Shown in pieces: positions 16,226 to 25,210 of a stretch of DNA of 36,299 bases. How positions within the stretch are numbered: the first letter of the stretch is position 1; each line of letters opens with the position of its first letter. Made by a program: the position numbers and the translations under genes. Where the stretch lies: positions 1 through 36,299 of IMG/VR virus record IMGVR_UViG_3300037851_000010; one strand, given 5' to 3'. The notes below the pieces were generated by a model. The model searched no databases. It was given only the letters and a program-made list of their open reading frames with translations, and was not told the DNA's origin. Source of the DNA: a virus. Lineage: Duplodnaviria; Caudoviricetes.

Positions 16226-17892
16226 AAATACTTATTCCCGGATATGGCGGTGGTCTAGCGAATTCAAAATACGCTCCTTTAGAGGAACAATCTTTTCAGA
16301 CGGCTGAAAACTTAGACGTATTTCAGCAACAGAGGATTCTGAGACCAGTAGTTAATCTGGCCTCGCAGACCTTTGATGTAGCAACAAATACTTTTAAGCC
16401 CGAATTCTTCTACAAGGCTTCTAATAACCAACTATTCTGGTTCGGATCTGATGGAAGCCAGAAGATGAGGATTTATAATCAGAACCTTTCCTCTGCACCC
16501 GGAGAGCTTGATATAACAGTAACAGGACCGCCAGTTTCTCCACTTGCTAATGATGGTTCGTCTTCTAGCTCGGCAGATAACTATGCACCTGACGCTAATA
16601 ATTTGCAGAGCTTTCATCACGTTGCGGAGTTGAATGGATATCTACTTTTCTGGAGTGCTACTAAACTTTCGAGAATAACTCTTGGTGGAACACCCTCTAC
16701 GAGTAGCACTTGGGCCGAGAATCCTTTTACATTCAGCGTAACGGCTAATACGGGGCATCCGATATTTACGCACCAAGGATTAAGGAAAGTTTTTATCGCA
16801 GTAGATAACGTGCTTTACTCTTTTGATTCGACAACTATAGCAGGCTCAGCCGTTCCAACGACAGCTCTTACACTCGACCCTGCTTATGTTATTAAGAGCA
16901 TAACTTCAAGTGGTAGATTCGTAGTCTTGGGATGTATATCAAAGAGAGATACGACTACATCTAAACTATTCATATACGATGGTTCTGCGACTACAGTTGA
17001 TGATATAATAGATATAGGAGACTATGGACTTCAGGCAGTTAGAAACGTGAACGGAATACTCAACGTCCTTTGCACAAATGTAGTTATGGGAGTTCCGGGC
17101 GGATATACAAGAGTTTACCTAGTGAACGGAAATTCAGTAGTTCTTGGAGATGAAATAATTATAACTCCTGGCACACCCACATACGCCGCTAATAAAGGTA
17201 GTAGATTGATTGGTATGATAGACGATGCTTCAGTAGATGTGTGGGGTGATAGATTGATTTGGGCTTACAGGGGAAGAATATCGGGTCCCGATGTTTCTTT
17301 CTTAAACATAACAAATGGAATCTACGCTTATGGGAAGTTTGAATCTAATCAGCCGAGAATCATAACTCTCTTAAACACGCCTACTACCTCAGCCGCAGGA
17401 TATTCATTTACTTGCGTGAGAGTTATAGAGGGCTATATTTACGCAGCGTTCAACAATCAAACCAACTGGTATATCGAAACTCAGGCTTCTAACTCTACTT
17501 GGGGTGCAAGAGATTCTTCTGGGGTCTATGAATCAAACGTCTTTACTCTAAATAGTGGTAATATGGGCAAGATAAGTAAAATCACACTATTCCATGACCC
17601 ACTTCCAGCTTCGTGTGGATTTACAGTTCAGGTAAAGCATTACGGACACTATACGAGAGGCTCATCAATCCCAGTAGAAGATTCGTACGCAACAGTTTAC
17701 GGACCAGAGGGTAATTCATCTACTTCAGGAATGAGCCAATCTACTCAATATACAACCTATACAGTATTAGAAGACCCGAATGTATTTAAGAAAGCTAGAT
17801 TCGCACAGATAAAAATACTATTTGATGAAGTAAATGGTGTAGATGCTCCGGGCATCGTATTTCCTATTCTTATCGAAACAGAAGAAAAATGA
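16222..17892 (+). CDS. Tail nozzle / DNA-stabilisation protein (putative)
   Basis: N-terminal YGGGL..ENLD pattern; beta-propeller-like 556 aa; precedes ejection genes. Confidence 0.6.
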   Translation: MKILIPGYGGGLANSKYAPLEEQSFQTAENLDVFQQQRILRPVVNLASQTFDVATNTFKPEFFYKASNNQLFWFGSDGSQKMRIYNQNLSSAPGELDITVTGPPVSPLANDGSSSSSADNYAPDANNLQSFHHVAELNGYLLFWSATKLSRITLGGTPSTSSTWAENPFTFSVTANTGHPIFTHQGLRKVFIAVDNVLYSFDSTTIAGSAVPTTALTLDPAYVIKSITSSGRFVVLGCISKRDTTTSKLFIYDGSATTVDDIIDIGDYGLQAVRNVNGILNVLCTNVVMGVPGGYTRVYLVNGNSVVLGDEIIITPGTPTYAANKGSRLIGMIDDASVDVWGDRLIWAYRGRISGPDVSFLNITNGIYAYGKFESNQPRIITLLNTPTTSAAGYSFTCVRVIEGYIYAAFNNQTNWYIETQASNSTWGARDSSGVYESNVFTLNSGNMGKISKITLFHDPLPASCGFTVQVKHYGHYTRGSSIPVEDSYATVYGPEGNSSTSGMSQSTQYTTYTVLEDPNVFKKARFAQIKILFDEVNGVDAPGIVFPILIETEEK

Positions 17893-17898
17893 TATAAT
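17890..17898 (+). promoter_or_regulatory. Extended -10 promoter TGATATAAT upstream of ejection genes
   Basis: TGnTATAAT; predicted start ~17905, next to AGCGG. Confidence 0.55.
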
Positions 17899-17922
17899 TA
17901 ACTAAAGCGGATAAAAAAAACT

Positions 17923-19509
17923 ATGGCAGATCCACTATTTTACAAGCAAGGAACAGATGTCTATAAGCTAGAAGGAAATTATGCACCATATAAACTCAAC
18001 CAAGAGCAGTTTCAAGGATATGGAATCAACTATGATTTATTAGGCGAAGGACAACAAGCGGCTAAAGGGCTTAATTTAGTAAGAGACACCGAAACTAAAC
18101 AATTCATAGCAGGCGGTGGAGTTTTGGGTCAGCCAAATGCAGCCGTAAATGCAGGGATTACTTTACCAGTTAAATCTGAAGTTCCCGTTACGACACTAGA
18201 GAATCCCATTACAAGAGCGGATCTAAATAATATTTACGCATATAATCAAGCTAACCTTCAAAAGCAATACGAAGACCAATTAGCACAACAGAATCAGTTA
18301 TTTGAACAAACGCTTGCGAAGATGCAACTTACTCCAGAAGAGAAGTTAGCCCAGGAGAGGCTATTAGGACTGCAACAATTACAGACGCAAGCCATACAAA
18401 GAGTCCAAGAGAGACCACTTGAAGGAGCAACATTGAGAAGTGGTATGGAATCCGAGATTCAAAACATAGCTTCTGGGAATACAAGAGAATCGTTAGTTAA
18501 TCTAAGGCAGCAGACTTTTGAGGCAGAAAGGCTCAATCTTTTGACGACACAAAGACGGCAAGAGCTGGAATCTTTAAAGATGCAATTAGAGCAGGGGAAT
18601 ATCAATACCGATAACTTGTTTAAATACCAACAGCTTAACCAGGAGATGCAGAGTGAATATCTTGATAGAATAGAACAGCTAAATACAAACGCCAGAACCG
18701 CTTTAGGAACAATATTAGATAGATTTAAAGGTTTAACGCTAGACAGTCTAAGCCCTGAGAATTTGAATTTAATAACTACTATAGCTCAGCAAGCAGGTAT
18801 TCCTTTCGATATATTAAGAGACGGAATGAAGGTTGTTGCAGACCAGATTAAAGCCCAGCAAGACCTTAATAGATATCAGGCAGAGACAAGTAGGATAAAC
18901 GCCACAAGAACTGGCGGAGGTAATACCGACCAATTATATTCAGGCTTAAGCACGCCAACCGCTACGGCAGTAAGGTCAAAGGTCAGTAAGTTTTCAACCG
19001 AACCAGCAGTACAGAATTTTGCAACAATACAGAGTGGTTACAACTTTGCTAAATCTTTAAGCTCGACAACTAAGAATCCCGCAGATGATCAAGCGTTAAT
19101 ATACTCTCTAGCGAAAGCCCTAGACCCCGGTTCAGTAGTTAGGGAGGGTGAATATGCAACGGCTCAGAAATACTCCCAATCTTGGATTCAGGCTTATGGT
19201 AAGGGCGTAGAACAGGCGTTGGCCGGAACTGGATTCTTATCTGAGACTGCAAGGAATAATATAAAGAAAACTATTGAGCAGAAGTATCTATCAGAGAAAA
19301 AGACTTACGACAACCTATACAATAATTATACGGCAGGTATAAACGCTTTAACTGGTAGAAATGATGGAAATCAATTCCTTGTAGATTATGTAACGCCTAT
19401 ATCAGTAACAGACTTTGTAAATACTTCAATTAACGAAATAACACCCCCTACTACAGAAACTAAATCCACTGGTGCGTGGACGAATTTCTGGAACTGGCTT
19501 TCAACATAA
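17923..19509 (+). CDS. Internal virion / DNA ejection protein (putative)
   Basis: Q-rich helical region, LDPGSVVREGEY motif, position. Confidence 0.6.
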   Translation: MADPLFYKQGTDVYKLEGNYAPYKLNQEQFQGYGINYDLLGEGQQAAKGLNLVRDTETKQFIAGGGVLGQPNAAVNAGITLPVKSEVPVTTLENPITRADLNNIYAYNQANLQKQYEDQLAQQNQLFEQTLAKMQLTPEEKLAQERLLGLQQLQTQAIQRVQERPLEGATLRSGMESEIQNIASGNTRESLVNLRQQTFEAERLNLLTTQRRQELESLKMQLEQGNINTDNLFKYQQLNQEMQSEYLDRIEQLNTNARTALGTILDRFKGLTLDSLSPENLNLITTIAQQAGIPFDILRDGMKVVADQIKAQQDLNRYQAETSRINATRTGGGNTDQLYSGLSTPTATAVRSKVSKFSTEPAVQNFATIQSGYNFAKSLSSTTKNPADDQALIYSLAKALDPGSVVREGEYATAQKYSQSWIQAYGKGVEQALAGTGFLSETARNNIKKTIEQKYLSEKKTYDNLYNNYTAGINALTGRNDGNQFLVDYVTPISVTDFVNTSINEITPPTTETKSTGAWTNFWNWLST

Positions 19510-20963
19510 TGTATTTAACAAAAGACCAACTTAAAAATATAGTTTCAAAAAAGCCAGCCAGCATAACAGAACAGCAAGTAGTAGAAGAACTTATAAAACA
19601 GGGTCATACTTTTGAAGGGATAGAAAATGTCCCGGTTTCGGCACGAGCTACACTTGAACCAAAAGCGGAGATACAACCAACTCAAAATCCACTCGCTAAA
19701 GTAGGGGAGTTTATAGGTGAGGCTTCAGGATTAACTGGAACGCTTAAGGCAGTAGGTGGTGCCGCAAGTGGTAGTGAGGTTGCATCACGTTCTATAGGAT
19801 TTTCTAATCAAGCCAATCAACTAATAGACGAAGCCAAGAAGTTACCTACGGGAGATCCTAGAAAGAAACAATTATTATTACAAGCTCAAAAGATCTCATC
19901 GGGTGCAGCCAAGGGAGCTGAGCAATTCATAGAGAGAAGCCCTACGGTAGCTCAGGCGGCAGGGAGTATGGGTAAATTAGGTTTAACGGTTGCTACACTG
20001 GGAACTCCCGGCGTAGCTTCAGGCATAAAGGGTGCAGTAGGGGTGGGTGCAAGAGTAGTAGAAGGTGGTATATTGGGTGCATTATTCCAAGTAACCGATA
20101 ATCTAGAAAACAAAAGAGATGTAGGCACGAACGTAAAACTAGCGGCTGGAATCGGTGCGACAATACCGTTGGCTGGTGCCGCTATAAGCAAGGGTAAACA
20201 ATTACTACAGAAATCTGGAGAGAAAATTCAGTATTCAGTTATTAAGCCAAGTGCGGCAGATATAAGGGACGGATTTGATATTAAGAATGTTAAGAAATAT
20301 AATCTTGGCGGTTCGTTAGGAGAGACAGCTCATAAGACACAGGATAAACTAGATGACTTGACCAAACAACTTCAAGAGAGAGTTAATAGAACCGATGTCG
20401 CTGTGGACTTAAACGATGTATATGAAAAAACTATTAAAGATTTAATAGGTAATAAATCTAAAAATTTCGGCAACATAAATTCCACAAAGAGGGTATTAAC
20501 AAACCTACAAGGAGAAATAGAAGAAGTATCAACTAATGGATTGGTAGATTTAGCAGAGTCTCAGGCTATTAAACAAGCCGCAGGTCTAAAGGGTTCTTGG
20601 GTGTATGGTTCTGCTGATCCAGACGCTTCGGCAGTAGAAAAAGTCTATACGGCATTTTATCGCCAACTTAAAGAGGAGATAGAGAAGAAAGCACCGGCTG
20701 GAGTTCAGGAAATCAATAAGCAGATTTCTGAATTGATACCTATTATGAACGCTACAATCAGAAGAATACCAGTAGCCGAAAGGAACGCAGTGTTGAGCTT
20801 AACCGATGTAATAAATCTTGGTGTAACCGCAGTCCATCCTTCTGGTGCAGCACTATTAGCCATTAACAAATTATCTAAGAGTGGAAGGGTGGGCAACTTA
20901 TTATCTAAACTAGAAGCGATTAAACCAGCCACAAATATCGGAAAGAGAATATTTGGACGTTAA
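19509..20963 (+). CDS. Internal virion / DNA ejection protein (putative)
   Basis: G/A-rich hydrophobic helices; TAATG overlap gives start 19509. Confidence 0.6.
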   Translation: MYLTKDQLKNIVSKKPASITEQQVVEELIKQGHTFEGIENVPVSARATLEPKAEIQPTQNPLAKVGEFIGEASGLTGTLKAVGGAASGSEVASRSIGFSNQANQLIDEAKKLPTGDPRKKQLLLQAQKISSGAAKGAEQFIERSPTVAQAAGSMGKLGLTVATLGTPGVASGIKGAVGVGARVVEGGILGALFQVTDNLENKRDVGTNVKLAAGIGATIPLAGAAISKGKQLLQKSGEKIQYSVIKPSAADIRDGFDIKNVKKYNLGGSLGETAHKTQDKLDDLTKQLQERVNRTDVAVDLNDVYEKTIKDLIGNKSKNFGNINSTKRVLTNLQGEIEEVSTNGLVDLAESQAIKQAAGLKGSWVYGSADPDASAVEKVYTAFYRQLKEEIEKKAPAGVQEINKQISELIPIMNATIRRIPVAERNAVLSLTDVINLGVTAVHPSGAALLAINKLSKSGRVGNLLSKLEAIKPATNIGKRIFGR

Positions 20964-21034
20964 TAGTTCCAGTCAGATAGATTCCAAGAGATTGTAGCAA
21001 TAATTAAAATTGCTAATATGATAAACATAATCAT
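20960..21034 (-). CDS. 24-aa antisense single-pass membrane peptide MIMFIILAILIIATISWNLSDWNY
   Basis: Fills the gap exactly; preceded on the minus strand by TGTTATCAT + 6 nt. Confidence 0.5.
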   Translation of the reverse strand: MIMFIILAILIIATISWNLSDWNY

Positions 21035-21040
21035 ACTAAT

Positions 21041-21457
21041 ATGATAACAGATTTCCTAAGAAAAGTAAATGGCGGTGCAAATCCTTTTATAGAGGCTGTT
21101 AAGGGTACTCATCAAGCAATAGGTGAAATGACTCCTTTTAAACAAATAAGAGAAGCACAACCAAAGACGCAAGAAGAAGCCCTGAAAATGGGTATGATTA
21201 AAGTCGGAAATGCAACTATAGATCCGAACTTCGTAGGTTCACTTAGCAAGACTGGAGCTAAAATGGTGGGCGGATATTTAAGAGGAAACTCACCAATAAT
21301 TCAAGCATTAAAAACTAAAATATCGAAGGCTTTAACTGGCAACAGATTACACCCTAATAGTGAGGCTCTTATGGATATAGTGCTTAAATTAGACGAAGAA
21401 CTAATACCAGCGTCTTTATTTGACGAAGCTAATAAATTACTTAAGAAACTCAGATGA
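21041..21457 (+). CDS. Hypothetical protein
   Basis: 138-aa ORF, ATGA-coupled to next gene. Confidence 0.6.
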   Translation: MITDFLRKVNGGANPFIEAVKGTHQAIGEMTPFKQIREAQPKTQEEALKMGMIKVGNATIDPNFVGSLSKTGAKMVGGYLRGNSPIIQALKTKISKALTGNRLHPNSEALMDIVLKLDEELIPASLFDEANKLLKKLR

Positions 21458-21684
21458 AACACACAATCTCTCCAGATAAGTTCGATGGAATCATAAGTTT
21501 AATAGAAGAACGTTTTAAGGATGTCTTCGAAAAGCTTGAAAGAATAGAAGGTCAGACTACTCGAACTAACGGCAGGGTTACGGTCTTAGAAAACTGGAAG
21601 AATGTTTCTGTTGGAGCTATAGGTGTCGTTTCAGCCGTAGTTGTGCCTGTTTTATTATACTTAGTTTACATACACATAGGCTAG
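21454..21684 (+). CDS. Small coiled-coil + C-terminal TM protein (holin-like/XhlA-like)
   Basis: TNGRVTVLENWK then hydrophobic segment; in lysis module. Confidence 0.65.
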   Translation: MKHTISPDKFDGIISLIEERFKDVFEKLERIEGQTTRTNGRVTVLENWKNVSVGAIGVVSAVVVPVLLYLVYIHIG

Positions 21685-21754
21685 GGGGCATCGTTTGAGT
21701 CCAACGTTTGCGGAGAATAGCTCCAATAGCAGTAACTAGGATGTCCCCCTAAAT

Positions 21755-21874
21755 ATGAACTACGAAAAAGAACAACTTAGAGAACAGCAATCTATCGATA
21801 GGTGGATGATGATAAACACGATTTTCACAATTCTTACGGGAATAGCAACTTTAATCATAGCTTTCTTTAAATGA
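21755..21874 (+). CDS. 39-aa membrane peptide (lysis accessory)
   Basis: MNYEKEQLREQQSIDRWMMINTIFTILTGIATLIIAFFK; ATGA overlap with endolysin. Confidence 0.6.
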   Translation: MNYEKEQLREQQSIDRWMMINTIFTILTGIATLIIAFFK

Positions 21875-22506
21875 AACTTCTTTCTCCTTTAAAATGGGGA
21901 ACTTCAAGAACTGGGTGGCACCACGAGTTAAAATCCTTAGAAGATCTATTTAAATGTCAGACTCAAGGATTTGGGGCTAATCCTGAAATGTATGCAAGGT
22001 TCGGAATTGAAGGACATAACGGATTAGATTTCGCTCTTGAAAACGGAGACCCTATTTACGCTTCACACGATGGAACGGCCTCAGCTCAGATAAATGATAT
22101 GGCCGGAAAAGGGGTTGTTATTACGGGCAAGGAATGTAAGACAATTTATTGGCACCTCAATGATTTCGTAAAACCACTCTGGTCTGGCTGGGAAGTTAAA
22201 GCAGGGGACTTGATTGGACACGGAGACAATACAGGATTTTCAACTGGCCCACATCTACACTTCGGACTTAAATTATTAGATTCTAACGGCAATGTATTAA
22301 ATAGAGACAACGGCTTTGACGGAGCAGTTGACCCTACGCAATATATTGTATGGGGCATGACAGAACAAGAAGTAAAAGATTTATACGCTTTGGCTTTCTA
22401 TCGCCTGCCCGATGTAGGTGAATTAAGCTATTGGGTCGGGAAGGAGTTGGCTACCTTCTTAAAAACGGCCATTAAAGATCGTGGTAATTTTCTTTTAAAT
22501 ATATGA
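21871..22506 (+). CDS. M23 family peptidase endolysin
   Basis: HNGLD, IYASHDG, YWHL, NTGFSTGPHLHF. Confidence 0.92.
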   Translation: MKLLSPLKWGTSRTGWHHELKSLEDLFKCQTQGFGANPEMYARFGIEGHNGLDFALENGDPIYASHDGTASAQINDMAGKGVVITGKECKTIYWHLNDFVKPLWSGWEVKAGDLIGHGDNTGFSTGPHLHFGLKLLDSNGNVLNRDNGFDGAVDPTQYIVWGMTEQEVKDLYALAFYRLPDVGELSYWVGKELATFLKTAIKDRGNFLLNI

Positions 22507-22682
22507 GTAAAAATATAAAACAATGGTATAAGTCTAAAACAGTCTGGATTGCTATTATTCAGTTTGTTTTAGGGGGAGTAATTTCGATGACTCAGATATA
22601 TCCTGAAGTTGGCTGGGTGTTTATGATAAAATCGATGCTCGATGTTTCGCTTCGATTCTTAACCTACGAAGAAATAAAGTAG
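22503..22682 (+). CDS. Holin (putative, 59 aa)
   Basis: KQWYKSKTVW motif and two hydrophobic segments; ATGA overlap. Confidence 0.7.
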   Translation: MSKNIKQWYKSKTVWIAIIQFVLGGVISMTQIYPEVGWVFMIKSMLDVSLRFLTYEEIK

Positions 22683-22684
22683 TA

Positions 22685-22713
22685 TTGAAATTTTAGACGT
22701 TTCGTGATAGACT
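22685..22713 (+). promoter_or_regulatory. Sigma70-like promoter for CHAP gene
   Basis: TTGAAA-17-TG-A-TAGACT. Confidence 0.6.
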
Positions 22714-22721
22714 TAACCTAT

Positions 22722-22745
22722 AAGGTGTTCTTCGGAACACTTTTT
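22722..22745 (+). terminator. Intrinsic terminator with cUUCGg loop ending lysis operon
   Basis: GTGTTC-TTCG-GAACAC-TTTTT. Confidence 0.75.
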
Positions 22746-22781
22746 AGTTTACAATTTAGAAAACTCTAATCTTATTACCAT

Positions 22782-23207
22782 ATTAAGAAACAGCTTGCGT
22801 TCATTCTGGCCCTAGTAGGAGTGGCTATTCCAGTAATAGCCGATACTCCAAAACTGCCAGAAATACGCCAAAGTGATACTTTTATATCCGAAAGGTATGT
22901 CCTATATGCCCCTGTAACGCTTGAAAATGGCTTGGGCGAAGAGTTTAGTGGTAACTGCGTGATGTACGTCAAATATCGTATGAATCGCTTAAATGAGGCT
23001 TGGGGAGTGGCTAAATATATCAAGCCCACGTCAGATCCTTATATTGGTGGTGCAGTTCTAACGAATGAAGGTAGGTTCGGCCACGTTGCATATATTACTG
23101 ACATCAAAGACGATACTCTATTTTTAATTGAAGCTAACTTTATACCAAATAAGATTTCCACCAGAAGTCTGTCTTTAGATGATCCAGTAATAAGAGGTTT
23201 TAAATAA
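22782..23207 (+). CDS. Secreted CHAP-domain amidase/peptidase; probable ATT start
   Basis: GNCVMYV, GHVAYI, IEANF; in-frame IKKQLAFILALVGVAIPVIA signal peptide upstream of GTG 22821. Confidence 0.8.
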   Translation: MKKQLAFILALVGVAIPVIADTPKLPEIRQSDTFISERYVLYAPVTLENGLGEEFSGNCVMYVKYRMNRLNEAWGVAKYIKPTSDPYIGGAVLTNEGRFGHVAYITDIKDDTLFLIEANFIPNKISTRSLSLDDPVIRGFK

Positions 23208-23212
23208 CGACT

Positions 23213-23236
23213 AAACCGCCAGAGTTGGCGGTTTTT
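23213..23236. terminator. Intrinsic terminator between convergent genes
   Basis: AAACCGCCA-GAGT-TGGCGGTTTTT. Confidence 0.8.
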
Positions 23237-23352
23237 GTCTCTCAGCCGGAGATAAGCTCGGATGACTCTATATAAAAATTATAGTAGGTAGTTCATCGCT
23301 TTTATATCTCTTATGCTGATTTCCAAGATATCCGAGCAATCGCTGGACTATC

Positions 23353-24120
23353 CTAGATTGAAACGTGTATATCGTGTTTCTTCTTACCTTCTAATCTAAC
23401 TCTTGGCGAGCCTAGTTTTGTTGGGGCCATCATTCCTTTCTCGGCATACGAATCATTCCATTCTAAATAAGAACCGCAATCTACATACCAGATTCTTCTT
23501 TTAAGAACTTCTTTTGACTGTATGGACGGGTAATAAACGTCTTGTGGTGCAACTGCTAACTGGTGATTATGCGAACCAAAATAGACATCGATTCCTTCGA
23601 CTATGTCTCTGAGTTTTGTTACTCGGTTTAGTTTTCCTCCGATAGTTCCTCCTCCTCCAGTAGTGTGATGAAAATATAAAAAGTAATTTTGTTTCCACCC
23701 CCCGTGTTTTCCAAGACTAGGTTTTCCGACTTTAACTCTAACTACGGCAGACCATTTACAGTAAGGGATATTTAAAGACAAACAAAGATATTGCATCGGA
23801 CTGACTCCGAACATATCTAGCATACGAGCTTCGTGATTTCCATCTGTGGCTCCGATAATTTGAGAAGCGTAGGGTCTAAATAAATCTATAGCCGCTTGAT
23901 ATTCGTCCGTATTAGTAGAGAAGGGGTCTGTTTTAGAAATACGAGAAGCAACATTAAATATATCTCCATTTAAAAATATCCTAGCATTGGGTCTTTCTTT
24001 AACCCAGTCAAGATAGCCCATTAAAATACTTTTCTTAAAAGCCTTATCTCCTAGATGCAGGTCTCCAATCGGAATGATATATGCTTTATCTTCCGGAATC
24101 TCACATTCTAAGTATTGCAT
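23353..24120 (-). CDS. Calcineurin-like metallophosphoesterase
   Basis: GDLH, NGD, GNHE, FHH, SHNH motifs. Confidence 0.9.
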   Translation of the reverse strand: MQYLECEIPEDKAYIIPIGDLHLGDKAFKKSILMGYLDWVKERPNARIFLNGDIFNVASRISKTDPFSTNTDEYQAAIDLFRPYASQIIGATDGNHEARMLDMFGVSPMQYLCLSLNIPYCKWSAVVRVKVGKPSLGKHGGWKQNYFLYFHHTTGGGGTIGGKLNRVTKLRDIVEGIDVYFGSHNHQLAVAPQDVYYPSIQSKEVLKRRIWYVDCGSYLEWNDSYAEKGMMAPTKLGSPRVRLEGKKKHDIHVSI

Positions 24121-24201
24121 TTAAAATTGTGAGGGCTTCGGGCCTACGGACATACGCCGTCATCGCTTATGTTGTGCTAGAAACCTTCAGCCCTCATAAC
24201 A

Positions 24202-24230
24202 AGTATAACACACTTTTTACATTTTGTCAG
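24202..24230 (-). promoter_or_regulatory. Leftward sigma70-like promoter
   Basis: Minus strand CTGACA-17-TG-T-TATACT. Confidence 0.65.
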
Positions 24231-24321
24231 TTGAGAATGTTGATATACTTGATATAATATACATACGATAACTAACCCTTATCGAATGTACCAAGACCTC
24301 CTGCGTTGGGAGGTTTTTGGT
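24231..24321 (+). ncRNA. Candidate ~57-nt small RNA with own promoter and terminator
   Basis: TTGAGA-16-TG-A-TATAAT; hairpin CGATAA/TTATCG; terminator-like GACCTCC/GGAGGTTTTT. Confidence 0.4.
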
Positions 24322-24332
24322 TAGATCAGGGG

Positions 24333-24377
24333 CTGTGCATAACTCTACTTGCAGTAAAATAGGGACTATGATATAAT
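24333..24377 (+). promoter_or_regulatory. Main early promoter with adjacent DnaA-box
   Basis: TGTGCATAA (=TTATGCACA) at 24334; TTGCAG-17-TG-A-TATAAT. Confidence 0.7.
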
Positions 24378-24498
24378 TAGGGTATAAGCTGGAGATAGGG
24401 AGAAAGCACACTTATCTATAGGCCCCACATATTTACATAAAAACGGCCTCAAGTGATAAGGCAAATATCCCTTCTCCGGCAATAATTAACAAAATACT

Positions 24499-25011
24499 AT
24501 GTGTACAAAATATAGTGTATGCGGAATCAATCACCCGAAGATACCTAAGTGGAAGACATCTAAGAGGTTAAGAAATCGAAAAGGTCAATTTGATAGAAAC
24601 AGATGGCTTATAAGAAATCTACTAATAGGTATTAGTATTTATGCGATATCAGTAATAGGAGTAAATACAATAATAGGTTGGGCGAAGAGTTTTGAAGACG
24701 TCTTCGTGGTCGGAGAAGCTAAAGCAGAGTTAACGTGGCAACAGGAAGTTCACCTATTACTTCTAAATTCCGGGATAGATATAGCTTTAGCAGATAGAAT
24801 TATACAGAGAGAAAGTTGGTGGGATTATACGAACACTCACATAAACAAAGATGGAACTAGAGACAGAGGATTATGGATGTTCCACGAAGTATATCACGCA
24901 GAAGTCTCAGACGAATGTGCTTATGATCCGATTTGTTCAACTAAAGAAGCTATCCGAGTCTGGAAGGCTAGAGGCCCTCAAGAATGGACGGCTTATCAAT
25001 ATGTTAAATAA
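24499..25011 (+). CDS. Membrane-anchored SLT/lysozyme-like transglycosylase
   Basis: TM segment then IIQRES (catalytic ES), DRGLWMF (GLxQ-like), EWTAY. Confidence 0.75.
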   Translation: MCTKYSVCGINHPKIPKWKTSKRLRNRKGQFDRNRWLIRNLLIGISIYAISVIGVNTIIGWAKSFEDVFVVGEAKAELTWQQEVHLLLLNSGIDIALADRIIQRESWWDYTNTHINKDGTRDRGLWMFHEVYHAEVSDECAYDPICSTKEAIRVWKARGPQEWTAYQYVK

Positions 25012-25210
25012 GAAATTTTTTAAGGACAAAGGACGTGAAGGTTCAGAAAAAAGATGGGGCAAATTGAAGAATGAAAGAAAAGCCCTTATTGTAGAAGTAT
25101 CAAAATGGGTCGATAAAGATATATTAGACCTCATACAAGCTAAGTTAAAGAATGAGGATATAATAAAGTTATTGAAATATTGGTCAAAAAATAAAAATGG
25201 AAAAGAATAA
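25001..25210 (+). CDS. Small basic protein (MLNKKFFKDKGREGSEKRWG...)
   Basis: Internal ATG of ORF 24851..25210, overlapping upstream stop. Confidence 0.55.
   Translation: MLNKKFFKDKGREGSEKRWGKLKNERKALIVEVSKWVDKDILDLIQAKLKNEDIIKLLKYWSKNKNGKE

Noticed and set aside
21682-24200. Self-cleaving ribozyme or tRNA in structured intergenic regions
   Set aside because: No hammerhead CUGANGA/GAAA core, twister/HDV consensus or tRNA cloverleaf recognised by eye; an Infernal search is needed to exclude fully
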